Positions 34,000-44,780 are shown, counted from the whole stretch's first letter. The stretch: DNA of 63,993 nt, filler included, from Stramenopiles sp. TOSAG23-2 (GCA_900128395.1; 6 parts of 6 records of this genome joined end to end with filler, not necessarily neighbours in it), one strand, 5' to 3'. Program-made: numbers and translations. The notes: generated by a model from the sequence alone, not told the origin.

Positions 34000-35775
34000 A
34001 TGAATATGACGCCGGAACAAATCAAAAATACGGCAAAACAAATTGCACTTGAAAATGAGAAATTTAATAATTTATTAAATGAAGTCGAAGAAAAACTTGG
34101 TTTGGAGTCACCCAATAATAATAATAATAATAATAGCCAAATAAACAGCAACGATAATAATGAGAAAAGGTCATTGAAGAAGAAGAAAAAGAGTAAGCGT
34201 AAAAAGAAATCAAGATCAGCTGAGAAAAGGAGATTGCAAATCGAAACAGGGGATATATTATCACCACGTGAACATATGAATATAAAATATGGTGAAAAAC
34301 ATATTAATGATATGTCAGAAAAAGAAATATATGCTGCTATCCGTAAACGCTCACCTGGACCTATTATACAACCAATAAATAATATGAATAACAATAACAA
34401 CATTAACAACAATGCCAATGATGAAATACGTGCTGAATTTGCATCATTGCCAAATCCAGACATACCTGTTATACGTTATAGTGAAACATTAGATTGGAGA
34501 AATCGTGAACGTCCACAACAACAACGACAACAACAACAACAAGGCGTAGTAGTTGGTGGTAATAACAAATTGAGCCGACATGTGCAACCAATACCACCAC
34601 CAACATCATCTAATTTATATAATGATAAAATGTTTGTGGATGAACGATACAATCCAGCAACAATAAAATTCAATAATAATAACAATGATGATGATGTTGA
34701 ATCGCCATTATCATCGCAACAACAACAACAACAACAAGGAGTGGAAGAAGAAAAGCATGATGCCACCAATAATAATAGTATGAATAATTTTTCACAACCA
34801 CCATCGATAAACAATAATGTAAACAATAATTACAATAATAATAATAATTATAATTATAGCAGTAGTAAATATATTGATTATGGTGATGATATGATATATG
34901 ATGAAGGAATGCCATCTAATTTTGTACAACAACAAAATGTAGTGCAACAACCACAACCACCACGCACATCAAACAAACAGCAGCCGATGTATAATCCAAT
35001 AGCACCACCATCACCATTTACTAAACGTCCTGCTGAATGGGTTGATTCCAAAATATCAGCAGAAAATGAATGGGAACATCGTCGTTTAGCAAGTTTATCT
35101 ACATTACATTCTACCCATGTAGGTTCTATGAATTATTTACAAGATTATCATCGTAAAGTACTACAAGAAGCCTGTAGTGTTGATTATATATTGGAAGAAG
35201 CAAGGGATATGTTGTATCAAGCAAAAAGTATGGCAAAACGTTGCATTGCATTAAAACATGATCAACCACATGATATTACAAAAAAATTATGGGATATGTT
35301 ACGAAATAAATATCATCCAAACGATATTGGAATAAAATTATTTCATAAAAAAAGCCTTGAAGATAATAAATCGTTAAAGGAAGAATTAAATAGTATGAAA
35401 GCGCAATTATCACATTGTTTAGGTCTTTTGGATACATACAAAGATCAACGAGATTTGTTGGCTAAAGATAATGAACAATTAAGAGAGGAATTGACACGTG
35501 TATATGTGGAACAAGAAGAATTAACTGTGAAATTAAGACGTGCTTCTGGGGGATATGAACGTCCTTCTAGAAAAGCACCATTACGACCAAGATCATCATC
35601 ACGTCGGCGTCGAAGATCTAGCAGTGGTGGTAGTAGTACTCGTAGTTTGAATACTAACAATAATATTAATGATGATAATGGTGATGCTGATGATCAAATT
35701 TATAGTAATTACAGTCATAGTACAAACAAATCACAACGTAGATTAAGTAATGGACGAAGACCATCGTTTCGTTGA
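34000..35775 (+). CDS. Hypothetical N/Q-rich protein with C-terminal coiled coil
   Basis: 591-codon ORF with a heptad-like region LKEELNSMKAQL...LTVKL. An upstream exon is possible (TTTAG at 33966-33970). Confidence 0.8.
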   Translation: MNMTPEQIKNTAKQIALENEKFNNLLNEVEEKLGLESPNNNNNNNSQINSNDNNEKRSLKKKKKSKRKKKSRSAEKRRLQIETGDILSPREHMNIKYGEKHINDMSEKEIYAAIRKRSPGPIIQPINNMNNNNNINNNANDEIRAEFASLPNPDIPVIRYSETLDWRNRERPQQQRQQQQQGVVVGGNNKLSRHVQPIPPPTSSNLYNDKMFVDERYNPATIKFNNNNNDDDVESPLSSQQQQQQQGVEEEKHDATNNNSMNNFSQPPSINNNVNNNYNNNNNYNYSSSKYIDYGDDMIYDEGMPSNFVQQQNVVQQPQPPRTSNKQQPMYNPIAPPSPFTKRPAEWVDSKISAENEWEHRRLASLSTLHSTHVGSMNYLQDYHRKVLQEACSVDYILEEARDMLYQAKSMAKRCIALKHDQPHDITKKLWDMLRNKYHPNDIGIKLFHKKSLEDNKSLKEELNSMKAQLSHCLGLLDTYKDQRDLLAKDNEQLREELTRVYVEQEELTVKLRRASGGYERPSRKAPLRPRSSSRRRRRSSSGGSSTRSLNTNNNINDDNGDADDQIYSNYSHSTNKSQRRLSNGRRPSFR

Positions 35776-36188
35776 AAAATTTCTTAAAGAGGATTGTGAT
35801 TGATTTGTGAGGTGGAAAAGGGGAAGAAGTCTTTCTGATGCAGTGTACCTGAAAAGATGGAATTTTCATATGTGATATGTGATGTATGTGTGTGTGTGAT
35901 TTTTTTGATTTTTTACGACGAAGAGTAAAGAGTGTAGCGATATGTTTTTTTATAAAATTTTACCGGTGTAGTATAATATGTTGTATATATATAGTCTTTT
36001 TTTGATTGTATAAATATATAATTTTATGTGCCATAAAACATGTGCGCATATCATATTTAATTACGAGTACATATATATGCATATTACTTTTTTTATATTA
36101 TGATTAAATAAATACGTATTTATTTTTTAAAATTTTCAAATGTTTCCTCTGTTTCTTCCGTTATTATATATATATATAATGATCCTTG

Positions 36189-36650
36189 TTATGCATCTAA
36201 ATAATTTGCTGCCATCAATAATTCTAATGCTATTTCAGGTTCAATTTTAAAATCAGGTATTTTCGCAGTTGAATTCATATATTTATTTTTAAAATGAAAA
36301 TATTGTATAACTTTTTCCAAAATATTACTAGTTATTTCTGGGAAACGTATTTCACCTTTGGATTCTGCAAACTGTCCCATTAACATAGCTTTAATAGTTC
36401 CTGATACCATTGCTATTTGACGTTCTACATAGAATACTTGATCCTCCGCACTAGTATGTTAATAATATTTCTACGGTTAGTGTATATTTTACCAAGAATA
36501 ATGATATACATATCTTTGGAAAGAAATGATAGATAGACGATCATATTATCAACTATTAAAGTATATAAACAGACTGTAATAAAATATTATTACTTACCTA
36601 ATTAATTTGACATAGTTTGATTTTCCGTCACTTTTACCTTCATCTGACAT
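36189..36650 (-). CDS. ELOC: Elongin C, two exons (36650-36598, 36450-36189)
   Basis: Spliced product MSDEGKSDGKSNYVKLISAEDQVFYVERQIAMVSGTIKAML...IALELLMAANYLDA, with a GTAAGT...CTAG intron at 36597-36451. Confidence 0.95.
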
Positions 36651-37009
36651 GATGATGATGTTCTTTTTTTTTATTATTTCTTGTTTGTTTGTTACTTTCT
36701 AAGATATATACATATACTTACAGAGAGAGAGCGCAAAAAACAAGAACAAATTGTTTCACTAATGCTTTAAAATACAAAATCAAGATGGGATAGCGATTGT
36801 TTAAACTTTTCTTTTCAACCTATACATATATTCTTCTGTTATATTTTTTTAAAATCTAGTGCTATATAGTAAAATAATAATAAGGATTTTTTTCAATAGT
36901 AATTAGTTTTAATAATATCTGATTTTTGAACATCAGCAGTTTGTTTTTACTGGTAACATACTAATACTGCAACCAATCAAGTGTTTTAAGGTTTTATATC
37001 GATTTGTAT

Positions 37010-37227
37010 GACTTGCCTTAATCCGTATAGTTGGTCGACTTGATAGGAGGCAATAACTTATGCAAAAATATTTCTCTTATTTGCTAATACAATACGTAAT
37101 ATTTAAAATAATTTATTTGACTTGCCTTAATCCGTATAGTTGGTCGACTTGATAGGAGGCAATAACTTATGCAAAAATATTTCTCTTATTTGCTAATACA
37201 ATACGTAATATTTAAAATAATTTATTT
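37010..37227. repeat. Exact 109-bp tandem duplication
   Basis: 37010-37118 equals 37119-37227. Confidence 0.9.
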
Positions 37228-37586
37228 AAATAAACACGCACTCTACTTTTCACTACTACGAAATAAATATAAATATATATTCAACCTGGTTTGGCAAAGT
37301 TCTTTATATTTATCTATATAATAATCTTATCTAATTTTTTCTTTCCTTTTTATATTTCTTAAAAAGTTGTTGTGTTATATGTGTATATATCTACAGTATG
37401 TTGTTATATTCTATATATATATATATATGTTGTTTTATCTTATCATTATTCAAATTTATTTTTGATGATAAAATAGTTTGTGATGCGCGATTCATTAACA
37501 TGTGAATAGTATTAATAAGCAAAGTTAACGGCTATTGTACAATTTGCCATCTTGTCACTTGGATTGTCCTTGTGGAGTATTATTAA

Positions 37587-37786
37587 CTATAATACTCCTT
37601 TACTATTGAATACTGTTGTTAACGAAAAGGCTGTCGTTAAATTGTTGTGATTCTGATGAATTGGTAATTTTTATCAATCACGTTTCCTATAATACTCCTT
37701 TACTATTGAATACTGTTGTTAACGAAAAGGCTGTCGTTAAATTGTTGTGATTCTGATGAATTGGTAATTTTTATCAATCACGTTTC
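37587..37786. repeat. Exact 100-bp tandem duplication
   Basis: 37587-37686 equals 37687-37786. Confidence 0.9.
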
Positions 37787-38762
37787 TTTTTCGATTGATG
37801 AAATTTATTAGATTATTTTAACCTTATATTATCACTTGCTAGATTAGGCAAGTGTATGCTAATCTGTTATTGTAAGGTCCAGACAAGGAGAAAAAATCAA
37901 AAGGTCCTAAAAAAATATATTAAGTATGCATTTTTATATACTAATATTGCTATTAGACCAAAAAACACATTGATACATTAACATAGATACATAGGAATTA
38001 CTCGAGAAAGACTTGGCACCAAAAATGAGCCGCACTTCCAATAGTCTTTTTTTAAAGGTGTTTATATTACAAAAAATATTATATAAACATATACTATATA
38101 AACTTAAAAATATTTATACATCTCGGATATATTGATATAAAAATGGAAGATTGGTCTTTTAACCTTCAAAAAGCCGCACTTGTTCCGTGGAAATCAAACT
38201 ATATCAGTGGATTTCAGTGTATTAAATGTTTCAAAATATGAAGGTATAATATTATATCTGTATTTTTTTGCGGAAATTTGTTTTGTTTAGATATTTTTAG
38301 AAATTTTGGTAACCTATAAATTCCTCCAAGTGCCAAGTTTTTGCCGAGTTCTTCGCTGCGCTCATATTTTAAGGTATGGGCTGTAGCAGGGAAGAACGAA
38401 GGGAATCGAGTACATAGGAATAAGTATCACATTGATATTGAAATTAGTTCTAGATTAGTATACAAATATAAATACTTAATATGCACATTTTAAAAAAAAA
38501 GTATGGACCCTTATGATTTTTTCTTCTCCTTAAAACAACCAGGCTACCTGGTACTACTATAAGGCAAAAAAAAAAAACATTTTATCTGTAATAACATTTA
38601 CATATACATTTATTATTACTAATTAGATGTATATGAATAAACACCATGTATGTAGATAAATTAACATAGCATATGCAATATAATTAAAAGTATTAATATA
38701 CCATATATACGTAGATATACATATATATATATATATATATATACGCTGCAATCGTCGCACCC

Positions 38763-39208
38763 ATGTCAAATAACAATGTAGAAGATACACAAGAAATATC
38801 GAAGAATGCGAAAAAAAGACAATTAGCAAAGGATATATGGAAATTACGAAATGATAATAAAAAGAAATTAAAAACATCATCATCATCATCATCTGACAAC
38901 AATGGCAAAAATGACAACAACAACAACAACTGCAACAACAATAACAACAATTCTATAGGAACAGAGAATATAAAAAAAAAATCAAAAAAATCAATAGAAA
39001 AAGATAATAAATTTTTAAATAAATTACAAAATGCACCAACAATAGTAATTGATATGGATTATGATGATAAAATGACAGAATCTGAACAAAAAAGTTTATC
39101 ACAGCAAATTATGTATTGTTATGGTGCAAATAAACGAGCAAAGAAACCATTCAATATGTTTCTATCTAAGTTGAATGGGAAAACAGAAGAATGTTTGAAG
39201 AAAATCGT
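38763..39208 (+). pseudogene. TRM10: 5' fragment of tRNA m1G9 methyltransferase (Trm10), truncated
   Basis: ISKNAKKR, IVIDMDYDDKMTESEQKSLSQQIMYCYGANKRAKKPF match the Trm10 N-terminal half. Similarity stops at KKI (~39208), and the catalytic YLT...YIIGG part was not found in the contig. Confidence 0.8.
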
Positions 39209-40465
39209 GATAATCTTCCAATACATTCTCGTGGTATTTCTTATCAAATGTTTAAAAATTATTTAACACGTGCCTCTAACTGCATGGATAAACATCCAAC
39301 AAAATTTGATTATAATATGACTTCATATACAATGTTAGACATGGTTAAACAAGATACTCAAAAATGGAATTGTTCATTATCAGAATTAGTAAAAGCTGTG
39401 ACGGATGTTGCAAAAACCAAAAAATTAAAATTATACCCACCAATGTTTCATAAACCGACACATTTTCTATCATACTGTTGGGCTTTTCCATTAAATGATA
39501 TTTACGGCGAAGCCATGAATATTACAAAAACAAACGGTGATAATTGGGGATTATGGATTGATATCCTTACCATTAATCAACATCAAGGCGAGAAAACGAA
39601 AGAAGATTTAAATGCTTTAGATCGTTGTATTCAAGACATCGGAAATGTTATTTTTGTAATCGATGCAAAAGGTACTGCAATGACTCGTGTATGGTGTTTA
39701 TTTGAAATCATGACAGCTGTACGAACAAACGCAAATATAACAGCTGTATTTATGGGACATAAACGATCTGCATATGAAGCAGCAATGATAGGATTATCCG
39801 TATTATCTGGTAGATTTGATGCGGTGGATGTACGTAATTCTGAAGCAACTGTAGCAAGTGATAAAAATATGATATTAAATAAAGTAAAATCGGATCCTGG
39901 GATAGATGAAATGAATCAATTGTTATGTACCACTTTACGTAAATGTGCAATGAATGAATTTCAAAAAAGTGGTCATAATTTCGGAAGCAGTTGGTGGTCT
40001 GCTGAGACAACATTCATGCCATTTATTATGGAAGGTTTATTAAAACTTATTAAAGACAATGGTGGTTGGGAAGGAATGATGGTAACTGAAGCAGAGGAGG
40101 AACGTGCATTAAAAGTTGCAATTGATAATGGTACTGCAGATGGAAAAAATTTAAATTTTTGGAAACCAAAATTCAAAGGTGATTTAGATCCAGACACAAC
40201 ACTATACAATAAACTTGAAATATGTTTAAATTTGTTAACATGGGGTCAACGAAAAAAAGCATTTGAAGATTGGGATGAAGTATTGGACAAAATTGCAAAA
40301 GCAGAAGCATGGCAAATAGAAAATAAAGATAAAAAAAAAGACGAGGATGAGGAGGAGGATGATAATGAAGTTATGAACAACAGTGATGATGAAAATAAAA
40401 AAGTTAGTGGTAATAATGATGGCAATATTAGGACAAAATTGCAAAAGCAGAAGCATGGCAAATAG
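39191..40465 (+). CDS. HET/TIR-like domain protein, module 1 (probably one gene with 40659-43247)
   Basis: RGIS, THFLSYCW, LWIDILTINQH, IQDIGNVIFV, TRVWCLFEI and VDVRNSEATVASDK. Confidence 0.75.
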   Translation: MFEENRDNLPIHSRGISYQMFKNYLTRASNCMDKHPTKFDYNMTSYTMLDMVKQDTQKWNCSLSELVKAVTDVAKTKKLKLYPPMFHKPTHFLSYCWAFPLNDIYGEAMNITKTNGDNWGLWIDILTINQHQGEKTKEDLNALDRCIQDIGNVIFVIDAKGTAMTRVWCLFEIMTAVRTNANITAVFMGHKRSAYEAAMIGLSVLSGRFDAVDVRNSEATVASDKNMILNKVKSDPGIDEMNQLLCTTLRKCAMNEFQKSGHNFGSSWWSAETTFMPFIMEGLLKLIKDNGGWEGMMVTEAEEERALKVAIDNGTADGKNLNFWKPKFKGDLDPDTTLYNKLEICLNLLTWGQRKKAFEDWDEVLDKIAKAEAWQIENKDKKKDEDEEEDDNEVMNNSDDENKKVSGNNDGNIRTKLQKQKHGK

Positions 40466-40760
40466 AAAATAAAGATAAAAAAAAAGACGAGGATGAGGAG
40501 GAGGATGATAATGAAGTTATGAACAACAGTGATGATGAAAATAAAAAAGTTAGTGGTAATAATGATGGCAATATTAGTAGCGATTCGCCTTCTCCTGTAA
40601 CAAGTGATGGAGATTATCANNNNNNNNNNNNNNAGAGGAGGAGGATGATAATGAAGTTATGAACAACAGTGATGATGAAAATAAAAAAGTTAGTGGTAAT
40701 AATGATGGCAATATTAGTAGCGATTCGCCTTCTCCTGTAACAAGTGATGGAGATTATGAA
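40285..40760. repeat. 146-bp tandem duplication plus overlap across a 14-N scaffold gap
   Basis: 40285-40430 equals 40431-40576. Sequence after the gap (40634 onward) repeats ~40495-40617. Confidence 0.85.
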
Positions 40761-43247
40761 ACAGTTGATGAGACGGAAGAGGATAGTGACAATGATGAGG
40801 AAAATTCACGTGGTTTGGCTCCTCGATCGCCGGAAAGCCGAATAATTCCTACAAAGTTGCAAATGAAATTGATGACTGAAGTGGCAAGCATCTCCTTCAA
40901 CGAATTGGAGACACAAATAAATCATAGCAGTATCTTAGAGAGCATTTTTGATTTGACATACGACGTCAGTGATGAACTTTCTAGCAATGATACGGCATCT
41001 TCTATTAGTTTTGAAAAGCGTGGTATTTCTTTACAGTTTCTGAAGCTACTAGCAAATACAGCTTCAAACTGGCATCTGCAACCTCGAATTTACTTGAAAA
41101 ACGACGATAAGACCGCTATTGTTTTGACAGATACCAAAATACAAGTTCGAACACTCTCCAGCGATAACGAAATTGTTAAATCATATCATAATATCTCACA
41201 GAATGACGAAATTATTCCTTTGGTCGCTGCGATAGGAGAGCGAGTTTATCTAAAAGGTGTAAAATATCAAGAATGTGCAAACGTCATTGACGATCGAATA
41301 TACTCGAATTTCAAAAGAACTATCGGGACTGTGGTCGGATACGACAGTAAAACAAATAAATATCAAGTCGAGCTACCACTGAACAAAAAGCTCGCGAGTA
41401 TCGCAAATCACGCACTTCAATGGCAATGTAAATCAAACAACAGAATTATTCTTGATGATATTCCGGATAAGCATCTTGAATTAGATCCAGAATTTTCCAC
41501 AAAAGATGCATGCGAAGAATTAATTAAGCCGCTCTCCCGCCGCTCAAAAGGCAGTGTAGTTGAAATAATGGCGATGCACAAACCAGAAAATGTAGGTCTT
41601 GCAGATGTATTTGTCTCCCATGCATGGAAATATGAATTTTCTCAATGCATTGATGCATTATCCAATTGGCATGAAAAGTGCCCAAAATTTTCAGCTGATG
41701 ATGGTTCTGATTGTTTTATTTGGTTTGATATCTGCACAGTTTGCCAACATCCTGAACGACAAAAAAGTCTCCCAGAAGGTTATTTTTATAATCAGTTTCG
41801 TGAAGGTATTGCTTCTATTGGTTCAACTGTTCTGGTGATGATTCCAGTATTAGAACCCATTCCTGTGACTCGTAGTTGGTGCGTTTGGGAACTTTATTGT
41901 ACATTAAAACATGAAGCACGGCTAGAAGCAGCAATTACAAAAAAAGATGAAAGGCGTCTTGCACATTCGAGTGTCATACGGCATGTTAAAGTTGATGTAG
42001 AAAATGCAGAGGCATTTATGGAATCAGATCGTACAACCATATTAAATGCATGTCGGAAAGCACAGGGGGGCTGTTTGCAAATAAATAGATCAGTCGCTGA
42101 AGCATTTACAATCGATTGTGTTCATAGAATAATTCGACTTCATGAAGAAAAGGGAAATGTAGTGGATACTGAATTCCCAGCAGTAAATCCTTATGCCGGA
42201 TTTAATTTTGGCGCCCTTACTGTAGGGCCACTGTCATGCCGTGCACTGCATAGCTATTGTAGTAAAAATTTGAACCGACCGCCAGTTGGGTTTATTATAT
42301 TTTTAAGTTGTAGGTTTTTTGATGAATCTGAGATTTCAATGGGGGGAGTTGTGAATATGTGTCTTCCAGAAATGTCAACTTTGAGAATTCGTTATTTTGA
42401 AAAGATAAGTGATGATAATAGAAACGCTGTAGACCGTCTTGTTGTAACCATTATGCCAGGCCTGAAGGCTGCTACCAAGTTGAACATATTACAACTGGAT
42501 ATACTTGGCCCTGCTGGGTTTAAAGCACTTTGCAATGGATGCCTACTATTAGATCACTGCCAAGTACATACCCTTGAATTAGGGCCCATCAATCAAAATC
42601 CAGAGTTATCTCAAGATGTGGATAGTTTGAAATTGTTGGCAGATGTATTAAAACAAAATTACAGCCTTATCACATTTCGGAATGGTGGTTTCGAATATGA
42701 TGAGCAAAGTTTGATAAATATTGTCACTGCATTGAAAATAAATAAACGGTCTATTTTAGTAAACTATAGTCAGTCCAATATACCTGATATGGATTATTAT
42801 AACGCTATTGTTGCTTCTCAGTCGCGATGTTTACCAAAAACGAAGAGGGATTTAAAGATCTTTCGGCAAAAATACAATTTTGACTCAGAAACTATTGCTA
42901 GATTTTACACAAAGTGTGCAATAAGTTGGAAGAAGCTAGGTAAAATTGAGAATGCTGTCAAAGTATTGAAGCAAGCTAAGAAAAATGTTTCAAAAGTGTA
43001 TGGAGTATCCAAGGAAGACTGGATGATAGATGATTTCGATCCTGATATGGAAGACAATGATATTAAGAGTCTGCAACTCTTCCTAAAAAAAGTATCTCCT
43101 TCTAGTGATGCATCATCAGACTATGAGACGGTTGACGAGGAGGAGGATGGCGATGATGAGAATGGCGATGAAAATGACAGTGAGTATGAAGAGAACGGAA
43201 GGGGTCTGACACCCCGATCAACTATTATGAGAATATCAACACACTAG
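40659..43247 (+). CDS. HET/TIR-like domain protein, module 2, followed by LRR-like and TPR-like segments
   Basis: RGIS, ADVFVSHAW, FIWFDICTVCQH, IASIGSTVLV, TRSWCVWELY and VDVENAEAFMESD. LRR-like LGPAGFKALCNG and LADVLKQNYSLITF. TPR-like IARFYTKCAISWKKLGKIENAVKVLKQA. Confidence 0.75.
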   Translation: MNNSDDENKKVSGNNDGNISSDSPSPVTSDGDYETVDETEEDSDNDEENSRGLAPRSPESRIIPTKLQMKLMTEVASISFNELETQINHSSILESIFDLTYDVSDELSSNDTASSISFEKRGISLQFLKLLANTASNWHLQPRIYLKNDDKTAIVLTDTKIQVRTLSSDNEIVKSYHNISQNDEIIPLVAAIGERVYLKGVKYQECANVIDDRIYSNFKRTIGTVVGYDSKTNKYQVELPLNKKLASIANHALQWQCKSNNRIILDDIPDKHLELDPEFSTKDACEELIKPLSRRSKGSVVEIMAMHKPENVGLADVFVSHAWKYEFSQCIDALSNWHEKCPKFSADDGSDCFIWFDICTVCQHPERQKSLPEGYFYNQFREGIASIGSTVLVMIPVLEPIPVTRSWCVWELYCTLKHEARLEAAITKKDERRLAHSSVIRHVKVDVENAEAFMESDRTTILNACRKAQGGCLQINRSVAEAFTIDCVHRIIRLHEEKGNVVDTEFPAVNPYAGFNFGALTVGPLSCRALHSYCSKNLNRPPVGFIIFLSCRFFDESEISMGGVVNMCLPEMSTLRIRYFEKISDDNRNAVDRLVVTIMPGLKAATKLNILQLDILGPAGFKALCNGCLLLDHCQVHTLELGPINQNPELSQDVDSLKLLADVLKQNYSLITFRNGGFEYDEQSLINIVTALKINKRSILVNYSQSNIPDMDYYNAIVASQSRCLPKTKRDLKIFRQKYNFDSETIARFYTKCAISWKKLGKIENAVKVLKQAKKNVSKVYGVSKEDWMIDDFDPDMEDNDIKSLQLFLKKVSPSSDASSDYETVDEEEDGDDENGDENDSEYEENGRGLTPRSTIMRISTH

Positions 43248-43498
43248 TGTGAGATTAGATATTAATTGTCTCACCAGTTATTGTATTCCAGTATTCTTTT
43301 GAAGAGAGTATCGGAATTATCATTGAGTAAATTACAAAAATAAAGAAATAAATTAATATGCGTTGTCCCACTCCCTCGCATCTTCGATGGATGTTATTAT
43401 ATTTTTTTTAATTATTAGATCTATTTTATTTTTTATATAAAGATAAAAAAGATACATATTCATTTTTTTTGAAACCATACTCTGTAGTCTGTTTGTTA

Positions 43499-43553
43499 TT
43501 ATTCCATTTTTCTAATTGCTGATCCACAAATTCTAATAAATTTCCGCATATAT
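43499..43553. repeat. 55-nt terminal direct repeat, right copy
   Basis: Identical to 32756-32810. Confidence 0.95.
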
Positions 43554-43654
43554 NNNNNNNNNNNNNNNNNNNNNNNNNNNNNNNNNNNNNNNNNNNNTTA
43601 ATTAATTAANNNNNNNNNNNNNNNNNNNNNNNNNNNNNNNNNNNNNNNNNNNNA

Positions 43655-44416
43655 AAAAGGAATAGTAATCATAACGGGCGACTTCGATATAGTGGAGGAC
43701 GGTCTTCTAGTGGACGAGGCAATCGTAGTAGTAGTAGTAAAAATAATTCAGAAACATCAATATTTGAAGAGCGTGGAACGGCACAATATAAATCCCCAGA
43801 AGCATTCAAAACAATATTAGAAGAATGGGGTGAAAAAATTGATGTATGGGCATTTGGTGTGTTATTAAAACGTATGGTTAGTTTAAGACAACCATTTCAT
43901 ATGAGCAGAGGAGCAGATGGTGTTTCAATACGTGATATATTTAAAAAATTACCAACATGTGAATTGTTACCATTTGATCATTTCAACAATGATTTGATAT
44001 ATTATATACATCCAATGTTGAAAGATTTAATTGATTTATGTTTATCCATTAAACCAAATAAACGACCATCATTTGAAAATATTGTTGGCTTATTAGCTGG
44101 TATGTTAAAAGAAATCGAAAATGGTGGTGTAGCAAAACGTCACCATCAAAAAAATACAACTGATGATAATAATGATAAAATATTTGAATCAATAAATCCT
44201 GCATTTGGTATGTTAAGAACAGGAACTGATAAAGATCATTTGGAGAAAGGAAAAGCAAAATCGTTACGTAAAGTAAAAAGTAAACCTGTAATGAAGAAAC
44301 GGCTGAAAGTACAACTGAATCGACCAAAAAGTAGAAGTGATGCACACCGAGTTGTTCATATTAAGAATACTGGTAATAGTAGTAGCACTGAAATGCAATC
44401 GTTTCAATCGAAATGA
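43655..44416 (+). CDS. Protein kinase C-lobe, 5'-partial (TKL-like)
   Basis: The frame is open from the contig edge: RGTAQYKSPE, KIDVWAFGVLL, RQPF and LIDLCLSIKPNKRPSFENIV. Confidence 0.88.
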   Translation, partial: KRNSNHNGRLRYSGGRSSSGRGNRSSSSKNNSETSIFEERGTAQYKSPEAFKTILEEWGEKIDVWAFGVLLKRMVSLRQPFHMSRGADGVSIRDIFKKLPTCELLPFDHFNNDLIYYIHPMLKDLIDLCLSIKPNKRPSFENIVGLLAGMLKEIENGGVAKRHHQKNTTDDNNDKIFESINPAFGMLRTGTDKDHLEKGKAKSLRKVKSKPVMKKRLKVQLNRPKSRSDAHRVVHIKNTGNSSSTEMQSFQSK

Positions 44417-44760
44417 TAATACCATATGTGTGTGTGTGTGTGTGTGTGTCAAAAAAAGTAGAAGTGAATGCACATCGAGTTGTTCGTATTAAGAATACTG
44501 GTAATAGTAGCAGCACTGAAATGGAATCGTTTCAATCGAAATGATAATAGCATATATATGTGTGTGTGTAGATCATCATGTACTGTATGTGTGTGTGTGT
44601 AGATCATCATGTACTGTATGTATGTGTGTGTGTGAGTGTGTGTAGATCATGTATGTATGTATGTATGTATGTGTGTGTGTGTGTAGATCATCATGTATGT
44701 ACATGTAGTGTGTAGATCATCATGTATGTATGTGTGTGTGTGTGTGTGAGTGCGTGTTTG
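44326..44760. repeat. Diverged ~125-bp duplication of the kinase 3' end, then GATCATCATGTA/(GT)n compound microsatellite
   Basis: AAAAAGTAGAAGTGA...AATCGAAATGATAATA at ~44326-44421 and ~44453-44549, followed by repeated TAGATCATCATGTA...(GT)n. Confidence 0.8.
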
Positions 44761-44780
44761 TGAAGGCTTTTCCTGAAGGC

